64,000 nucleotides of DNA, taken from Desulfobacterales bacterium. Lineage in GTDB: Bacteria; Desulfobacterota; Desulfobacteria; Desulfobacterales; UBA5616. Every line of letters begins with the position of its first letter. Positions within the stretch are counted from its first letter, which is position 1. The DNA lies in NCBI GenBank assembly GCA_046483495.1, contig JAWODC010000092.1, forward strand, positions 96,001 through 160,000, read 5' to 3'. The translations under genes and the position numbers were made by a program. Positions 61,741-64,000 of the stretch are shown piece by piece. A model generated the notes under the pieces. The model was not told the origin of the DNA. It saw nothing but the letters and a program-made list of their open reading frames with translations, and did not search any database.

Positions 61741-63600
61741 ATGAATATTTTCCACAAAGGAGCCGATCTGTATAACAAGTGTAAAGCGGGTTGCGGCATG
61801 AGCATGCCGTCCGTCCTATTCATGACCGGATATGTCTTGGGGATCGTATGCATGATGGCGGGTTTTCCCGGATTCGGAGCGGCCCAGGATGGCATGATTC
61901 GTTACGAGGTTCTGTTTAAAGGGCTTCCCACCGATGATATCAGAGACATTCTGCGCCAGGTCTCCGATACCGCCGGTCGACAGGATGAGCCGGCATTGTC
62001 CCTGGGATTTCTGAAACGGCGCATGCAGCAGGACCTTCCGGCAATAGAAAAGGTTTTTCGATCCAAGGGGTATTACGGAGTCCGGATCGATACCGAAGTC
62101 GACACCGAAGAACGACCGGCGCGTGCCGTTTTCCGGATTGCGCCAGGACCCGTCTACAGGCTGAAAAAGGTCGAAATCGATCTTGCCGGCCCGCCGGATG
62201 AACCATTGCCAGCGCCGCCCGATGTCGACAGGCCGGCGCTTCAACCCGGCCGTCCGGCGGAGGCCGAATCCATCATCGCGTTCCGCTCTTCGATTACCCG
62301 GTATTTCCAAAATCGGGGTTTTCCCCTGGCAAAAACGGCTGAACCGGACGTGGTCGTCGATCATCAGGACCATGCCGTCTCAGTGACGTATGCGGTCACT
62401 ACCGGGCCGCGGGCCGTTTTCGGAGCGACTGAAATCACGGGGGCGGAAACGGTCGAATCCTCGTTTATTCGGGAAAAATTCCCCTGGAAGCCGAGAGATC
62501 CCTTCAAAGCCGATCTTCTGGACAGGGTCAGGGCCGACCTTCTTGAAACCGGTCTCTTCAGTGTCGTGGTGTTCAGCACCGGAGACCGCGTCGATGCACA
62601 AGGCCGTTTGCCGCTCACACTGCGGGTGAGGGAACGGAAGCACAGAACCCTCAAGCTCGGACTCGGATATACGACGGACGAGGATTTCATTGCCCGGGTC
62701 AATTGGGAGCACCGCAATTTACTTCACCGGGGAGAATCACTGAGTTTCCGCAGCCATGTATCGGGAATACGCCTGACACTCCAAGGGGCTTTTGAAAAGC
62801 CGAACGTCTTTCGGCCGGATCAGTCCTTTATTTTTGATCTGCGCCTGTCGGATGAATATCCCGAGGCTTATACCAGCCGCAGTTTGACCGGATCGGCCGT
62901 TCTTAAGCGGAAGCTTGGATCCGGTATGGAGGCCGGCCTTGGTGTGGCGCTTACCTACTCGGAAATCGAACAGTTTGACCAGACCGACACCTTTCAGTTG
63001 GTTTCCCTGCCGGCCACCTTTAACCGGGATCGGCGAGACAGCATTCTCGATCCCGCTTCGGGAGGAAACCTCGCGCTTCGAGCCGCCCCGTTCTATGACT
63101 TTATCGGCGGGGAAACCGGATTTGTAAAGGGCTCGGGTCTTTACAGCCATTATTTGAGGATCTTTTCAAAACCGCGGGCTGTCCTTGCCCTGAAGGGGGT
63201 GGCCGGATTTATCGGCGGGAGCCCCTTGGAGGATGTTCCGGCGGATATCCGGTTTTATGCCGGAGGGGGGGGCTCCATCCGGGGATATGCATATCAATCC
63301 GCTGGAAACGTCATGGGAGAAGACAATGATCCGGTGGGCGGGCGATCCCTGCTCACCCTGTCTTCCGAGTTGAGAATCCGCATCACCGAGAGCATTGGTT
63401 TGGTTCCCTTCCTGGACGGGGGGAACGTTTTCGAATCGGCGTACCCGGATTTCGACCGCAGCCTGCTCTGGGGGGCCGGTCTGGGCCTGCGCTATATAAC
63501 CGCTGTCGGCCCGCTGCGCCTCGATTTGGCGTTCCCAATAAACGAGCGTTCATTTGATGATCCGTTTCAACTGTACATCAGTATCGGTCAGGCATTTTAA
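61741..63600 (+). CDS. tamA: TamA / Omp85-family outer membrane assembly protein
   Basis: POTRA-like GYY/RGFP motifs, RFYAGGGGSIRGY, GPLRLDLAFP, terminal YISIGQAF; start uncertain. Confidence 0.93.
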   Translation: MNIFHKGADLYNKCKAGCGMSMPSVLFMTGYVLGIVCMMAGFPGFGAAQDGMIRYEVLFKGLPTDDIRDILRQVSDTAGRQDEPALSLGFLKRRMQQDLPAIEKVFRSKGYYGVRIDTEVDTEERPARAVFRIAPGPVYRLKKVEIDLAGPPDEPLPAPPDVDRPALQPGRPAEAESIIAFRSSITRYFQNRGFPLAKTAEPDVVVDHQDHAVSVTYAVTTGPRAVFGATEITGAETVESSFIREKFPWKPRDPFKADLLDRVRADLLETGLFSVVVFSTGDRVDAQGRLPLTLRVRERKHRTLKLGLGYTTDEDFIARVNWEHRNLLHRGESLSFRSHVSGIRLTLQGAFEKPNVFRPDQSFIFDLRLSDEYPEAYTSRSLTGSAVLKRKLGSGMEAGLGVALTYSEIEQFDQTDTFQLVSLPATFNRDRRDSILDPASGGNLALRAAPFYDFIGGETGFVKGSGLYSHYLRIFSKPRAVLALKGVAGFIGGSPLEDVPADIRFYAGGGGSIRGYAYQSAGNVMGEDNDPVGGRSLLTLSSELRIRITESIGLVPFLDGGNVFESAYPDFDRSLLWGAGLGLRYITAVGPLRLDLAFPINERSFDDPFQLYISIGQAF

Positions 63601-63636
63601 GGCGATGCTTAAAACAGGAGGATGCAAATATTTCAT

Positions 63637-64000
63637 ATGGCTCCACGTCCGGGTTTTTATTTGAAAAAAAGTGCAAAATGGCTGGGCGTGGGGCTTTTGA
63701 TAATCATGATCCTGATGTCCATTCTCTTTTTCCTGGTGCAAACGGATACGGCCAAGAACACCCTCGCCCGGATGATTTCTGAAAGCCTCAGCAGTGACGA
63801 AATCGCCATTCACATCCGTGGGTTGGACGGATGGATTCCCTTCAGCATCACCGTGGATCATCTGACGGTGGCCGACTCTGGAAAAGAAGCGGTCAGCGCG
63901 AGGGATGTGCGGCTGCACTGGGATCCCTTTTCGCTGATTGACCGCCCCCTGCGTATTACCGAAGTAAGCGCCTCATCGGTCCGGGTGGAAAGAATCCCCG
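63637..64000 (+). CDS. tamB: TamB N-terminal part (runs off window edge)
   Basis: Manual translation MAPRPGFYLKKSAKWLGVGLLIIMILMSILFFLVQTDTAK...GLDGWIPF..TVDHLTVAD; follows tamA. Confidence 0.8.
   Translation, partial: MAPRPGFYLKKSAKWLGVGLLIIMILMSILFFLVQTDTAKNTLARMISESLSSDEIAIHIRGLDGWIPFSITVDHLTVADSGKEAVSARDVRLHWDPFSLIDRPLRITEVSASSVRVERIP

Overview
Gene-dense 64 kb bacterial region. Gene style and a selenoprotein suggest a Desulfobacterota/deltaproteobacterial anaerobe (inference). I found no rRNA, tRNA, CRISPR, integrase or transposase. The content is almost all stress, dormancy and storage functions: (1) a BON-ppsA-N-type ATPase operon with a NapA-like cation/H+ antiporter inserted between atpQ and atpR; (2) two orphan NarL-family response regulators; (3) DegP, PRC-barrel, ferritin-like, dodecin, YbhB, VKOR-DsbA, phosphoribosyltransferase and APH-AAA proteins; (4) base-excision repair genes (PolX-PHP, UDG, Fpg/Nei); (5) a 20 kb glycogen/trehalose cluster (glgA, glgM, treY, malQ, GH57, treZ, glgB, treS-mak, glgE, otsA); (6) fbaB, gap and a YHS-fused LDH; (7) CDF and ZIP transporters; (8) a CoA-disulfide reductase/NADH oxidase whose catalytic Cys codon is an in-frame TGA (selenocysteine); (9) cytochromes c, nicotinamidase and tamAB. 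The main hidden signal is an 18-bp imperfect dyad, roughly WTACAK-N6-CCCYAT, found by eye in about 10 intergenic regions. It nearly always lies 21-23 nt (mostly 22) upstream of a -10-like hexamer. This suggests the island is one activator-controlled regulon resembling the actinobacterial DosR dormancy regulon. The motif has not been tested statistically.
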